This document shows, one piece after another, positions 11,634 through 25,200 of a stretch of DNA of 64,000 nucleotides. Each line of letters starts with the position of its first letter. Within the stretch, counting starts at the first letter, position 1. This stretch comes from Azolla caroliniana (taxonomy: Eukaryota; Plantae; Polypodiophyta). The stretch is taken from the NCBI GenBank assembly GCA_043228905.1, contig JBHGNT010000024.1, positions 372,001 through 436,000 on the forward strand. Reading direction: 5' to 3'. Position numbers and translations under genes: made by a program. The notes beneath the pieces are model-generated. The model saw nothing but the letters and a program-made list of their open reading frames with translations, searched no databases and was not told the origin of the DNA.

Positions 11634-14600
11634 TGTTCATACCTGGCTCGTGTGATATCGGATTTTTGTGTTCAAACATGCAAATCGAAGCTAACAACGC
11701 TAGCTATGATATGGAATTAAAAAATCAAGAATTTGAAACTCAGGTCGAGAGACATGACGAAAATAGCAAACTTGAGGAGGGAGTTGAGAGGAGCCCTTGA
11801 GTAAATTAAAATGTTCATACCTGGCTCGTGTGATATCGGATTTTTGTGTTCAAACATGCGAATCGAAGCTAACAACGCTAGCTATGATATGGAATTAAAA
11901 AATCAAGAATTTGAAACTCAGGTCGAGAGACATGACGAAAATAACAAACTTGAGGAAGGAGTTGAGAAGAGCTAGTAGGTAAATTAAAATGTTCATACCT
12001 GGCTCGTGTCATATCGGATTTTTGTGTTCAAACATGCGAATCGAAGCTAACAACGCTACCTATGATATGGAATTAAAAAATCAAGATTTTGAAACTCAGG
12101 TCGAGAGATGTGACGAAATTACCAAATTTGAGGAGTGATTTGAGAGGAGCCCTTGAGTAAATTAAAATGTTCATATCGGGCTCGTGTGATATCGGATTTT
12201 TGTGTTCAAACATGCGAATCGAAGCTAACAACGCTACCTATGATATGGAATTAAAAAATCAAGAATTTGAAACTCAGGTCGAGAGACATGATGAAAATAG
12301 CAAACTTGAGGAGGGAGTTGAGAAGAGCCCTTGAGTAAATTAAAATGTTCATATCGGGCTCGTGTGATATCGGATTTTTGTGTTCAAACATGCGAATCGA
12401 AGCTAACAACGCTACCTATGATATGGAATTAAAAAATCAAGAATTTGAAACTCAGGTCGAGAGACATGATGAAAATAGCAAACTCAGGTCTAGAGACATG
12501 ACGAAAATAACAAACTTGAGGAACGAGTTGAGAAGAGCTAGTAGGTAAATTAAAATGTTCATACCTGGCTCGTGTCATATCGGATTTTTGTGTTCAAACA
12601 TGCGAATCGAAGCTAACAACGCTACCTATGATATGGAATTAAAAAATCAAGATTTTGAAACTCAGGTCGAGAGACATGACGAAAATAGCAAACTTGAGGA
12701 GGGAGTTGAGAGGAGCCCTTGAGTAAATTAAAATGTTCATACCTGGCCCGTGTGATATCGGATTTTTGTGTTCAAACATGCAAATCGAAGCTAGCAACGC
12801 TAGCTATGATATGGAATTAAAAAATCAAGATTTTGAAACTCAGGTCGAGAGATGTGACGAAATTACCAAATTTGAGGAGTGATTTGAGAGGAGCCCTTGA
12901 GTAAATTAAAATGTTCATATCGGGCTCGTGTGATATCGGATTTTTGTGTTCAAACATGCAAATCGAAGCTAACAACGCTACCTATGATATGGAATTAAAA
13001 AATCAAGATTTTTAAACTCAGGTCGAGAGACATGATGAAAATAGCAAACTTGAGGAGGGAGTTGAGAAGAGCCCTTGAGTAAATTAAAATGTTCATACCT
13101 GGCTCGTGTGATATCGGATTTTTGTGTTCAAACATGCGAATCGAAGCTAACAACGCTAGCTATGATATGGAATTAAAAAATCCAGATTTTGAAACTCAGG
13201 TCGAGAGACATGACGAAAATAGCAAACTTGAGGAGGGAGTTGAGAAGAGCCCTTGAGTAAATTAAAATGTTCATACCTGGCTCGTGTGATATCGGATTTT
13301 TGTGTTCAAACATGCAAATCGAAGCTAACAACGCTAGCTATGATATGGAATTAAAAAATCAAGAATTTGAAACTCAGGTCGAGAGACATGACGAAAATAG
13401 CAAACTTGAGGAGGGAGTTGAGAGGAGCCCTTGAGTAAATTAAAATGTTCATACCTGGCTCGTGTGATATCGGATTTTTGTGTTCAAACATGCGAATCGA
13501 AGCTAACAACGCTAGCTATGATATGGAATTAAAAAATCAAGAATTTGAAACTCAGGTCGAGAGACATGACGAAAATAACAAACTTGAGGAAGGAGTTGAG
13601 AAGAGCTAGTAGGTAAATTAAAATGTTCATACCTGGCTCGTGTCATATCGGATTTTTGTGTTCAAACATGCGAATCGAAGCTAACAACGCTACCTATGAT
13701 ATGGAATTAAAAAATCAAGATTTTGAAACTCAGGTCGAGAGATGTGACGAAATTACCAAATTTGAGGAGTGATTTGAGAGGAGCCCTTGAGTAAATTAAA
13801 ATGTTCATATCGGGCTCGTGTGATATCGGATTTTTGTGTTCAAACATGCGAATCGAAGCTAACAACGCTACCTATGATATGGAATTAAAAAATCAAGAAT
13901 TTGAAACTCAGGTCGAGAGACATGATGAAAATAGCAAACTTGAGGAGGGAGTTGAGAAGAGCCCTTGAGTAAATTAAAATGTTCATATCGGGCTCGTGTG
14001 ATATCGGATTTTTGTGTTCAAACATGCGAATCGAAGCTAACAACGCTACCTATGATATGGAATTAAAAAATCAAGAATTTGAAACTCAGGTCGAGAGACA
14101 TGATGAAAATAGCAAACTCAGGTCTAGAGACATGACGAAAATAACAAACTTGAGGAACGAGTTGAGAAGAGCTAGTAGGTAAATTAAAATGTTCATACCT
14201 GGCTCGTGTCATATCGGATTTTTGTGTTCAAACATGCGAATCGAAGCTAACAACGCTACCTATGATATGGAATTAAAAAATCAAGATTTTGAAACTCAGG
14301 TCGAGAGACATGACGAAAATAGCAAACTTGAGGAGGGAGTTGAGAGGAGCCCTTGAGTAAATTAAAATGTTCATACCTGGCCCGTGTGATATCGGATTTT
14401 TGTGTTCAAACATGCAAATCGAAGCTAGCAACGCTAGCTATGATATGGAATTAAAAAATCAAGATTTTGAAACTCAGGTCGAGAGATGTGACGAAATTAC
14501 CAAATTTGAGGAGTGATTTGAGAGGAGCCCTTGAGTAAATTAAAATGTTCATATCGGGCTCGTGTGATATCGGATTTTTGTGTTCAAACATGCAAATCGA

Positions 14601-14790
14601 AGCTAACAACGCTACCTATGATATGGAATTAAAAAATCAAGATTTTTAAACTCAGGTCGAGAGACATGATGAAAATAGCAAACTTGAGGAGGGAGTTGAG
14701 AAGAGCCCTTGAGTAAATTAAAATGTTCATACCTGGCTCGTGTGATATCGGATTTTTGTGTTCAAACATGCGAATCGAAGCTAACAACGC
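11634..14790 (+). repeat. Tandem 9-mer duplication (1634 bp), each copy carrying a 210-bp monomer (12346-12555, 13980-14189)
   Basis: Both 210-bp monomers share the private GGTCTAGAG variant. 1634 = 8x178+210. Monomer order matches from 11634/13268. Confidence 0.9.
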
Positions 14791-15425
14791 TACCTATGAT
14801 ATGGAATTAAAAAATCAAGATTTTTAAACTCAGGTCGAGAGACATGACGAAATTACCAAATTTGAGGACTGAGTTGAGAAGAGCTAGTAGGTAAATTAAA
14901 ATGTTCATACCTAGGTCGTGTGATATCGGATTTTTGTGTTCAAACATGCAAATCGAAGCTAACAACGCTACCTATGATATGGAATTAAAAAATCAAGATT
15001 TTGAAACTCAGGTCGAGAGACATGACGAAAATAGCAAACTTGAGGAAGGAGTTGAGAGGAGCCCTTGAGTAAATTAAAATGTTCATACCTGGCTCGTGTG
15101 ATATCGGATTTTTGTGTTCAAACATGCGAATCGAAGCTAACAACGCTACCTATAATATGGAATTAAAAAATCAAGAATTTGAAACTGAGGTCGAGAGATG
15201 TGACGAAATTACCAAATTTGAGGAGTGATTTGAGAGGAGCCCTTGAGTAAATTAAAATGTTCATATCGGGCTCGTGTGATATCGGATTTTTGTGTTCAAA
15301 AATGCGAATCGAAGCTAACAACGCTACCTATGATATGGAATTAAAAAATCAAGAATTTGAAACTCAGGTCGAGAGACATGATGAAAATAGCAAACTTGAG
15401 GAGGGAGTTGAGAAGAGCCCTTGAG

Positions 15426-17220
15426 TAAATTAAAATGTTCATACCTGGCTCGTGTGATATCGGATTTTTGTGTTCAAACATGCTAATCGAAGCTAACAAC
15501 GCTACCTATGATATGGAATTAAAAAATCAAGATTTTTAAACTCAGGTCGAGAGACATGACGAAATTACCAAATTTGAGGACTGAGTTGAGAAGAGCTAGT
15601 AGGTAAATTAAAATGTTCATACCTAGGTCGTGTGATTTCGGATTTTTGTGTTCAAACATGCGAATCGAAGCTAACAACGCTAGCTATGATATGGAATTAA
15701 AAAATCCAGATTTTGAAACTCAGGTCGAGAGACATGACGAAAATAGCAAACTTGAGGAAGGAGTTGAGAGGAGCCCTTGAGTAAATTAAAATGTTCATAC
15801 CTGGCTCGTGTGATATCGGATTTTTGTGTTCAAACATGCGAATCGAAGCTAACAACGCTACCTATGATATGGAATTAAAAAATCAAGATTTTGAAACTCA
15901 GGTCGAGAGACATGACGAAAATAGCAAACTTGAGGAGGGAGTTGAGAGGAGCCCTTGAGTAAATTAAAATGTTCATACCTGGCTCGTGTGATATCGGATT
16001 TTTGTGTTCAAACATGCGAATCGAAGCTAACAACGCTACCTATGATATGGAATTAAAAAATCAAGATTTTTAAACTCAGGTCGAGAGACATGACGAAATT
16101 ACCAAATTTGAGGACTGAGTTTAGAAGAGCTAGTAGGTAAATTAAAATGTTCATACCTGGCTCGTGTCATATCGGATTTTTGTGTTCAAACATGCGAATC
16201 GAACCTAACAACGCTACCTATGATATGGAATTAAAAAATCAAGATTCTGAAACTCAGGTCGAGAGACATGACGAAAATAGCAAACTTGAGGAGGGAGTTG
16301 AGAGGAGCCTTTGAGTAAATTAAAATGTTCATACCTGGCCCGTGTGATATCGGATTTTTGTGTTCAAACATGCAAATCGAAGCTAGCAACGCTAGCTATG
16401 ATATGGAATTAAAAAATCAAGATTTTGAAACTCAGGTCGAGAGATGTGACGAAATTACCAAATTTGAGGAGTGATTTGAGAGGAGCCCTTGAGTAAATTA
16501 AAATGTTCATATCGGGCTCGTGTGATATCGGATTTTTGTGTTCAAACATGCAAATCGAAGCTAACAACGCTACCTATGATATGGAATTAAAAAATCAAGA
16601 TTTTGAAACTCAGGTCGAGAGACATGATGAAAATAGCAAACTTGAGGAGGGAGTTGAGAAGAGCCCTTGAGTAAATTAAAATGTTCATACCTGGCTCGTG
16701 TGATATCGGATTTTTGTGTTCAAACATGCTAATCGAAGCTAACAACGCTACCTATGATATGGAATTAAAAAATCAAGATTTTGAAACTCAGGTCGAGAGA
16801 CATGACGAAATTACCAAATTTGAGGACTGAGTTGAGAAGAGCTAGTAGGTAAATTAAAATGTTCATACCTAGGTCGTGTGATTTCGGATTTTTGTGTTCA
16901 AACATGCGAATCGAAGCTAACAACGCTAGCTATGATATGGAATTAAAAAATCAAGATTTTGAAACTCAGGTCGAGAGACATGACGAAAATAGCAAACTTG
17001 AGGAAGGAGTTGAGAGGAGCCCTTGAGTAAATTAAAATGTTCATACCTGGCTCGTGTGATATCGGATTTTTGTGTTCAAACATGCGAATCGAAGCTAACT
17101 ACGCTACCTATGATATGGAATTAAAAAATCAAGATTTTGAAACTCAGGTCGAGAGACATGACGAAAATAGCAAACTTGAGGAGGGAGTTGAGAGGAGCCC
17201 TTGAGTAAATTAAAATGTTC
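15426..17220 (+). repeat. Partial duplication at 7-monomer offset (1246 bp)
   Basis: CATGCTAATC (T at 15484 and 16730) and GTGATTTCGG in the following monomers recur at 1246 = 7x178. Confidence 0.8.
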
Positions 17221-19529
17221 ATACCTGGCTCGTGTGATATCGGATTTTTGTGTTCAAACATGCAAATCGAAGCTAACAACGCTAGCTATGATATGGAATT
17301 AAAAAATCAAGAATTTGAAACTCAGGTCGAGAGACATGACGAAAATAGCAAACTTGAGGAGGGAGTTGAGAGGAGCCCTTGAGTAAATTAAAATGTTCAT
17401 ACCTGGCTCGTGTGATATCGGATTTTTGTGTTCAAACATGCGAATCGAAGCTAACAACGCTACCTATGATATGGAATTAAAAAATCAAGAATTTGAAACT
17501 CAGGTCGAGAGATGTGACGAAATTACCAAATTTGAGGAGTGATTTGAGAGGAGCCCTTGAGTAAATTAAAATGTTCATATCGGGCTCGTGTGATATCGCA
17601 TTTTTGTGTTCAAACATGCGAATCGAAGCTAACAACGCTACCTATGATATGGAATTAAAAAATCAAGATTTTTAAACTCAGGTCGAGAGACATGACGAAA
17701 TTACCAAATTTGAGGAGTGAGTTGAGAAGAGGTAGTAGGTAAATTAAAATGTTCATACCTGGCTCGTGTCATATCGGATTTTTGTGTTCAAACATGCGAA
17801 TCGAAGCTAACAACGCTACCTATGATATGGAATTAAAAAATCAAGATTTTGAAACTCAGGTCGAGAGACATGACGAAAATAGCAAACTTGAGGAGGGAGT
17901 TGAGAGGAGCCCTTGAGTAAATTAAAATGTTCATACCTGGCCCGTGTGATATCGGATTTTTGTGTTCAAACATGCAAATCGAAGCTAGCAACGCTAGCTA
18001 TGATATGGAATTAAAAAATCAAGATTTTGAAACTCAGGTCGAGAGATGTGACGAAATTACCAAATTTGAGGAGTGATTTGAGAGGAGCCCTTGAGTAAAT
18101 TAAAATGTTCATATCGGGCTCGTGTGATATCGGATTTTTGTGTTCAAACATGCAAATCGAAGCTAACAACGCTACCTATGATATGGAATTAAAAAATCAA
18201 GATTTTGAAACTCAGGTCGAGAGACATGATGAAAATAGCAAACTTGAGGAGGGAGTTGAGAAGAGCCCTTGAGTAAATTAAAATGTTCATACCTGGCTCG
18301 TGTGATATCGGATTTTTGTGTTCAAACATGCGAATCGAAGCTAACAACGCTACCTATGATATGGAATTAAAAAATCAAGATTTTGAAACTCAGGTCGAGA
18401 GACATGACGAAAATAGCAAACTTGAGGAAGGAGTTGAGAGGAGCCCTTGAGTAAATTAAAATGTTCATACCTGGCTCGTGTGATATCGGATTTTTGTGTT
18501 CAAACATGCGAATCGAAGCTAACAACGCTACCTATGATATGGAATTAAAAAATCAAGAATTTGAAACTCAGGTCGAGAGATGTGACGAAATTACCAAATT
18601 TGAGGAGTGATTTGAGAGGAGCCCTTGAGTAAATTAAAATGTTCATATCGGGCTCGTGTGATATCGGATTTTTGTGTTCAAACATGCGAATCGAAGCTAA
18701 CAATGCTACCTATGATATGGAATTAAAAAATCAAGATTTTGAAACTCAGCTCGAGAGACATGACGAAAATAGCAAACTTGAGGAAGGAGTTGAGAAGAGC
18801 TAGTAGGTCAATTAAAATGTTCATACCTGGCTCGTGTGATATCCGATTTTTGTGTTCAAACATGGGAATCGAAGCTAACAACGCTAGCTATGATATGGAA
18901 TTAAAAAATCAACATTTTGAAACTCATGTCGAGAGATGTGACGAAATTACCAAATTTGAGGAGTGATTTGAGAGGAGCCCTTGAGTAAATTAAAATGTTC
19001 ATATCGGGCTCGTGTGATATCGGATTTTTGTGTTCAAACATGTAAATCGAAGCTAACAACGCTACCTATGATATGGAATTAAAAAATCAAGATTTTTAAA
19101 CTCAGGTCGAGAGACATGACGAAATTACCAAATTTGAGGAGTGAGTTGAGAAGAGGTAGTAGGTAAATTAAAATGTTCATACCTGGCTCGTGTCATATCG
19201 GATTTTTGTGTTCAAACATGCGAATCGAAGCTAACAACGCTACCTATGATATGGAATTAAAAAATCAAGATTTTGAAACTCAGGTCGAGAGACATGACGA
19301 AAATAGCAAACTTGAGGAGGGAGTTGAGAGGAGCCCTTGAGTAAATTAAAATGTTCATACCTGGCCCGTGTGATATCGGATTTTTGTGTTCAAACATGCA
19401 AATCGAAGCTAGCAACGCTAGCTATGATATGGAATTAAAAAATCAAGAATTTGAAACTCAGGTCGAGAGATGTGACGAAATTACCAAATTTGAGGAGTGA
19501 TTTGAGAGGAGCCCTTGAGTAAATTAAAA

Positions 19530-22295
19530 TGTTCATATCGGGCTCGTGTGATATCGGATTTTTGTGTTCAAACATGCGAATCGAAGCTAACAACGCTACC
19601 TATGATATGGAATTAAAAAATCAAGAATTTGAAACTCAGGTCGAGAGACATGATGAAAATAGCAAACTCAGGTCGAGAGACATGACGAAAATAACAAACT
19701 TGAGGAACGAGTTGAGAAGAGCTAGTAGGTAAATTAAAATGTTCATATCGGGCTCGTGTGATATCGGATTTTTGTGTTCAAACATGCAAATCGAAGCTAG
19801 CAACGTTAGCTATGATATGGAATTAAAAAATCAAGATTTTGAAACTCAGGTCGAGAGACATGACGAAAATAGCAAACTTGAGGAGGGAGTTTAGAGGAGC
19901 CCTTGAGTAAATTAAAATGTTCATACCTGGCTCGTGTGATATCGGATTTTTGTGTTCAAACATGCAAATCGAAGCTAGCAATGCTAGCTATGATATGAAA
20001 TTAAAAAATCAAGATTTTAAAACTCAAGTCCAGAGACATGACGAAATTACCTAATTTGAGGAGTGAGTTGAGAAGAGCTAGTAGGTAAATTTAAATGTTC
20101 ATACCTGGCTCGTGTGATATCGGATTTTTGTGTTCAAACATGCGAATCGAAGCTAACAACGCTAGCTATGATATGGAATTAAAAAATCAAGATTTTGAAA
20201 TTCAGGTCGAGAGACATGACGAAAATAGCAAACTTGAGGAGGGAGTTGAGAGGAGCCCTTGAGTAAATTAAAATGTTCATACCTGGCTCGTGTGATATCG
20301 GATTTTTGTGTTCAAACATGCGAATCGAAGCTAACAACGCCAGCTATGATATGGAATTAAAAAATCAAGATTTTGAAACTCAGGTCGAGAGATGTGACGA
20401 AATTACCAAATTTGAGGAGTGATTTGAGAGGAGCCCTTGAGTAAATTAAAATGTTCATATCGGGCTCGTGTGATATCGGATTTTTGTGTTCAAACATGCA
20501 AATCGAAGCTAACAACGCTACCTATGATATGGAATTAAAAAATCAAGATTTTTAAACTCAGGTCGAGAGACATGATGAAAATAGCAAACTTGAGGAGGGA
20601 GTTGAGAAGAGCCCTTGAGTAAATTAAAATGTTCATACCTCGCTCGTGTGATATCGGATTTTTGTGTTCAAACATGCGAATCGAAGCTAACAACGCTACC
20701 TATGATATGGAATTAAAAAATCAAGATTTTTAAACTCAGGTCGAGAGACATGACGAAATTACCAAATTTGAGGACTGAGTTGAGAAGAGCTAGTAGGTAA
20801 ATTAAAATGTTCATACCTGGCTCGTGTCATATCGGATTTTTGTGTTCAAACATGCGAATCGAAGCTAACAACGCTACCTATGATATGGAATTAAAAAATC
20901 AAGATTTTGAAACTCAGGTCGAGAGACATGACGAAAATAGCAAACTTGAGGACGGAGTTGAGAAGAGCCCTTGAGTAAATTAAAATGTTCATATCGGGCT
21001 CGTGTGATATCGGATTTTTGTGTTCAAACATGCGAATCGAAGCTAACAACGCTACCTATGATATGGAATTAAAAAATCAAGAATTTGAAACTCAGGTCGA
21101 GAGACATGATGAAAATAGCAAACTCAGGTCGAGAGACATGACGAAAATAACAAACTTGAGGAACGAGTTGAGAAGAGCTAGTAGGTAAATTAAAATGTTC
21201 ATACCTGGCTCGTGTGATATCGGATTTTTGTGTTCAAACATGCGAATCGAAGCTAACAACGCTAGCTATGATATGGAATTAAAAAATCAAGATTTTGAAA
21301 CTCAGGTCGAGAGATGTGACGAAATTACCAAATTTGAGGAGTGATTTGAGAGGAGCCCTTGAGTAAATTAAAATGTTCATATCGGGCTCGTGTGATATCG
21401 GATTTTTGTGTTCAAACATGCAAATCGAAGCTAACAACGCTACCTATGATATGGAATTAAAAAATCAAGATTTTTAAACTCAGGTCGAGAGACATGATGA
21501 AAATAGCAAACTTGAGGAGGGAGTTGAGAAGAGCCCTTGAGTAAATTAAAATGTTCATACCTCGCTCGTGTGATATCGGATTTTTGTGTTCAAACATGCG
21601 AATCGAAGCTAACAACGCTACCTATGATATGGAATTAAAAAATCAAGATTTTTAAACTCAGGTCGAGAGACATGACGAAATTACCAAATTTGAGGATTGA
21701 GTTGAGAAGAGCTAGTAGGTAAATTAAAATGTTCATACCTGGCTCGTGTCATATCGGATTTTTGTGTTCAAACATGCGAATCGAAGCTAACAACGCTACC
21801 TATGATATGGAATTAAAAAATCAAGATTTTGAAACTCAGGTCGAGAGACATGACGAAAATAGCAAACTTGAGGAGGGAGTTGAGAGGAGCCCTTGAGTAA
21901 ATTAAAATGTTCATACCTGGCGCGTGTGATATCGGATTTTTGTGTTCAAACATGCAAATCGAAGCTAGCAACGCTAGCTATGATATGGAATTAAAAAATC
22001 AGGATTTTGAAACTCAGGTCGAGAGATGTGACGAAATTACCAAATTTGAGGAGTGATTTGAGAGGAGCCCTTGAGTAAATTAAAATGTTCATATCGGGCT
22101 CGTGTGATATCGGATTTTTGTGTTCAAACATGCAAATCGAAGCTAACAACGCTACCTATGATATGGAATTAAAAAATCAAGATTTTTAAACTCAGGTCGA
22201 GAGACATGATGAAAATAGCAAACTCAGGTCGAGAGACATGACGAAAATAACAAACTTGAGGAACGAGTTGAGAAGAGCTAGTAGGTAAATTAAAA
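19530..22295 (+). repeat. Cluster of three 210-bp monomers (19530, 20986, 22086)
   Basis: The doubled 32-bp segment is seen at ~19632, ~21088 and ~22188. Spacings are 1456 (7x178+210) and 1100 (5x178+210). Confidence 0.95.
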
Positions 22296-25200
22296 TGTTC
22301 ATATCGGGCTCGTGTGATATCGGATTTTTGTGTTCAAACATGCAAATCGAAGCTAGCAACGTTAGCTATGATATGGAATTAAAAAATCAAGATTTTGAAA
22401 CTCAGGTCGAGAGACATGACGAAAATAGCAAACTTGAGGAGGGAGTTGAGAGGACCCCTTGAGTAAATTAAAATGTTCATACCTGGCTCGTGTGATATCG
22501 GATTTTTGTGTTCAAACATGCAAATCGAAGCTAGCAATGCTAGCTATGATATGAAATTAAAAAATCAAGATTTTAAAACTCAAGTCCAGAGACATGACGA
22601 AATTACCTAATTTGAGGAGTGAGTTGAGAAGAGCTAGTAGGTAAATTTAAATGTTCATACCTGGCTCGTGTGATATCGGATTTTTGTGTTCAAACATGCG
22701 AATCGAAGCTAACAACGCTAGCTATGATATGGAATTAAAAAATCAGGATTTTGAAACTCAGGTCGAGAGATGTGACGAAATTACCAAATTTGAGGAGTGA
22801 TTTGAGAGGAGCCCTTGAGTAAATTAAAATGTTCATATCGGGCTCGTGTGATATCGGATTTTTGTGTTCAAACATGCAAATCGAAGCTAACAACGCTACC
22901 TATGATATGGAATTAAAAAATCAAGATTTTTAAACTCAGGTCGAGAGACATGATGAAAATAGCAAACTTGAGGAGGGAGTTGAGAAGAGCCCTTGAGTAA
23001 ATTAAAATGTTCATACCTCGCTCGTGTGATATCGGATTTTTGTGTTCAAACATGCGAATCGAAGCTAACAACGCTACCTATGATATGGAATTAAAAAATC
23101 AAGATTTTTAAACTCAGGTCGAGAGACATGACGAAATTACCAAATTTGAGGACTGAGTTGAGAAGAGCTAGTAGGTAAATTAAAATGTTCATACCTGGCT
23201 CGTGTCATATCGGATTTTTGTGTTCAAACATGCGAATCGAAGCTAACAACGCTACCTATGATATGGAATTAAAAAATCAAGATTTTGAAACTCAGGTCGA
23301 GAGACATGACGAAAATAGCAAACTTGAGGAGGGAGTTGAGAGGAGCCCTTGAGTAAATTAAAATGTTCATACCTGGCCCGTGTGATATCGGATTTTTGTG
23401 TTCAAACATGCAAATCGAAGCTAGCAACGCTAGCTATGATATGGAATTAAAAAATCAAGATTTTGAAACTCAGGTCGAGAGATGTGACGAAATTACCAAA
23501 TTTGAGGAGTGATTTGAGAGGAGCCCTTGAGTAAATTAAAATGTTCATATCGGGCTCGTGTGATATCGGATTTTTGTGTTCAAACATGCAAATCGAAGCT
23601 AACAACGCTACCTATGATATGGAATTAAAAAATCAAGATTTTTAAACTCAGGTCGAGAGACATGATGAAAATAGCAAACTTGAGGAGGGAGTTGAGAAGA
23701 GCCCTTGAGTAAATTAAAATGTTCATACCTCGCTCGTGTGATATCGGATTTTTGTGTTCAAACATGCGAATCGAAGCTAACAACGCTACCTATGATATGG
23801 AATTAAAAAATCAAGATTTTTAAACTCAGGTCGAGAGACATGACGAAATTACCAAATTTGAGGACTGAGTTGAGAAGAGCTAGTAGGTAAATTAAAATGT
23901 TCATACCTGGCTCGTGTCATATCGGATTTTTGTGTTCAAACATGCGAATCGAAGCTAACAACGCTACCTATGATATGGAATTAAAAAATCAAGATTTTGA
24001 AACTCAGGTCGAGAGATGTGACGAAATTACCAAATTTGAGGAGTGATTTGAGAGGAGCCCTTGAGTAAATTAAAATGTTCATATCGGGCTCGTGTGATAT
24101 CGGATTTTTGTGTTCAAACATGCAAATCGAAGCTAACAACGCTACCTATGATATGGAATTAAAAAATCAAGATTTTTAAACTCAGGTCGAGAGACATGAT
24201 GAAAATAGCAAACTTGAGGAGGGAGTTGAGAAGAGCCCTTGAGTAAATTAAAATGTTCATACCTCGCTCGTGTGATATCGGATTTTTGTGTTCAAACATG
24301 CGAATCGAAGCTAACAACGCTACCTATGATATGGAATTAAAAAATCAAGATTTTTAAACTCAGGTCGAGAGACATGACGAAATTACCAAATTTGAGGAGT
24401 GAGTTGAGAAGAGGTAGTAGGTAAATTAAAATGTTCATACCTGGCTCGTGTCATATCGGATTTTTGTGTTCAAACATGCGAATCGAAGCTAACAACGCTA
24501 CCTATGATATGGAATTAAAAAATCAAGATTTTTAAACTCAGGTCGAGAGACATGACGAAATTACCAAATTTGAGGACTGAGTTGAGAAGAGCTAGTAGGT
24601 AAATTAAAATGTTCATACCTGGCTCGTGTCATATCGGATTTTTGTGTTCAAACATGCGAATCGAAGCTAACAACGCTACCTATGATATGGAATTAAAAAA
24701 TCAAGATTTTGAAACTCAGGTCGAGAGACATGACGAAAATAGCAAACTTGAGGAGGGAGTTGAGAGGAGCCCTTGAGTAAATTAAAATGTTCATACCTGG
24801 CGCGTGTGATATCGGATTTTTGTGTTCAAACATGCAAATCGAAGCTAGCAACGCTAGCTATGATATGGAATTAAAAAATCAGGATTTTGAAACTCAGGTC
24901 GAGAGATGTGACGAAATTACCAAATTTGAGGAGTGATTTGAGAGGAGCCCTTGAGTAAATTAAAATGTTCATATCGGGCTCGTGTGATATCGGATTTTTG
25001 TGTTCAAACATGCAAATCGAAGCTAACAACGCTACCTATGATATGGAATTAAAAAATCAAGATTTTGAAACTCAGGTCGAGAGACATGATGAAAATAGCA
25101 AACTTGAGGAGGGAGTTGAGAAGAGCCCTTGAGTAAATTAAAATGTTCATACCTCGCTCGTGTGATATCGGATTTTTGTGTTCAAACATGCGAATCGAAG

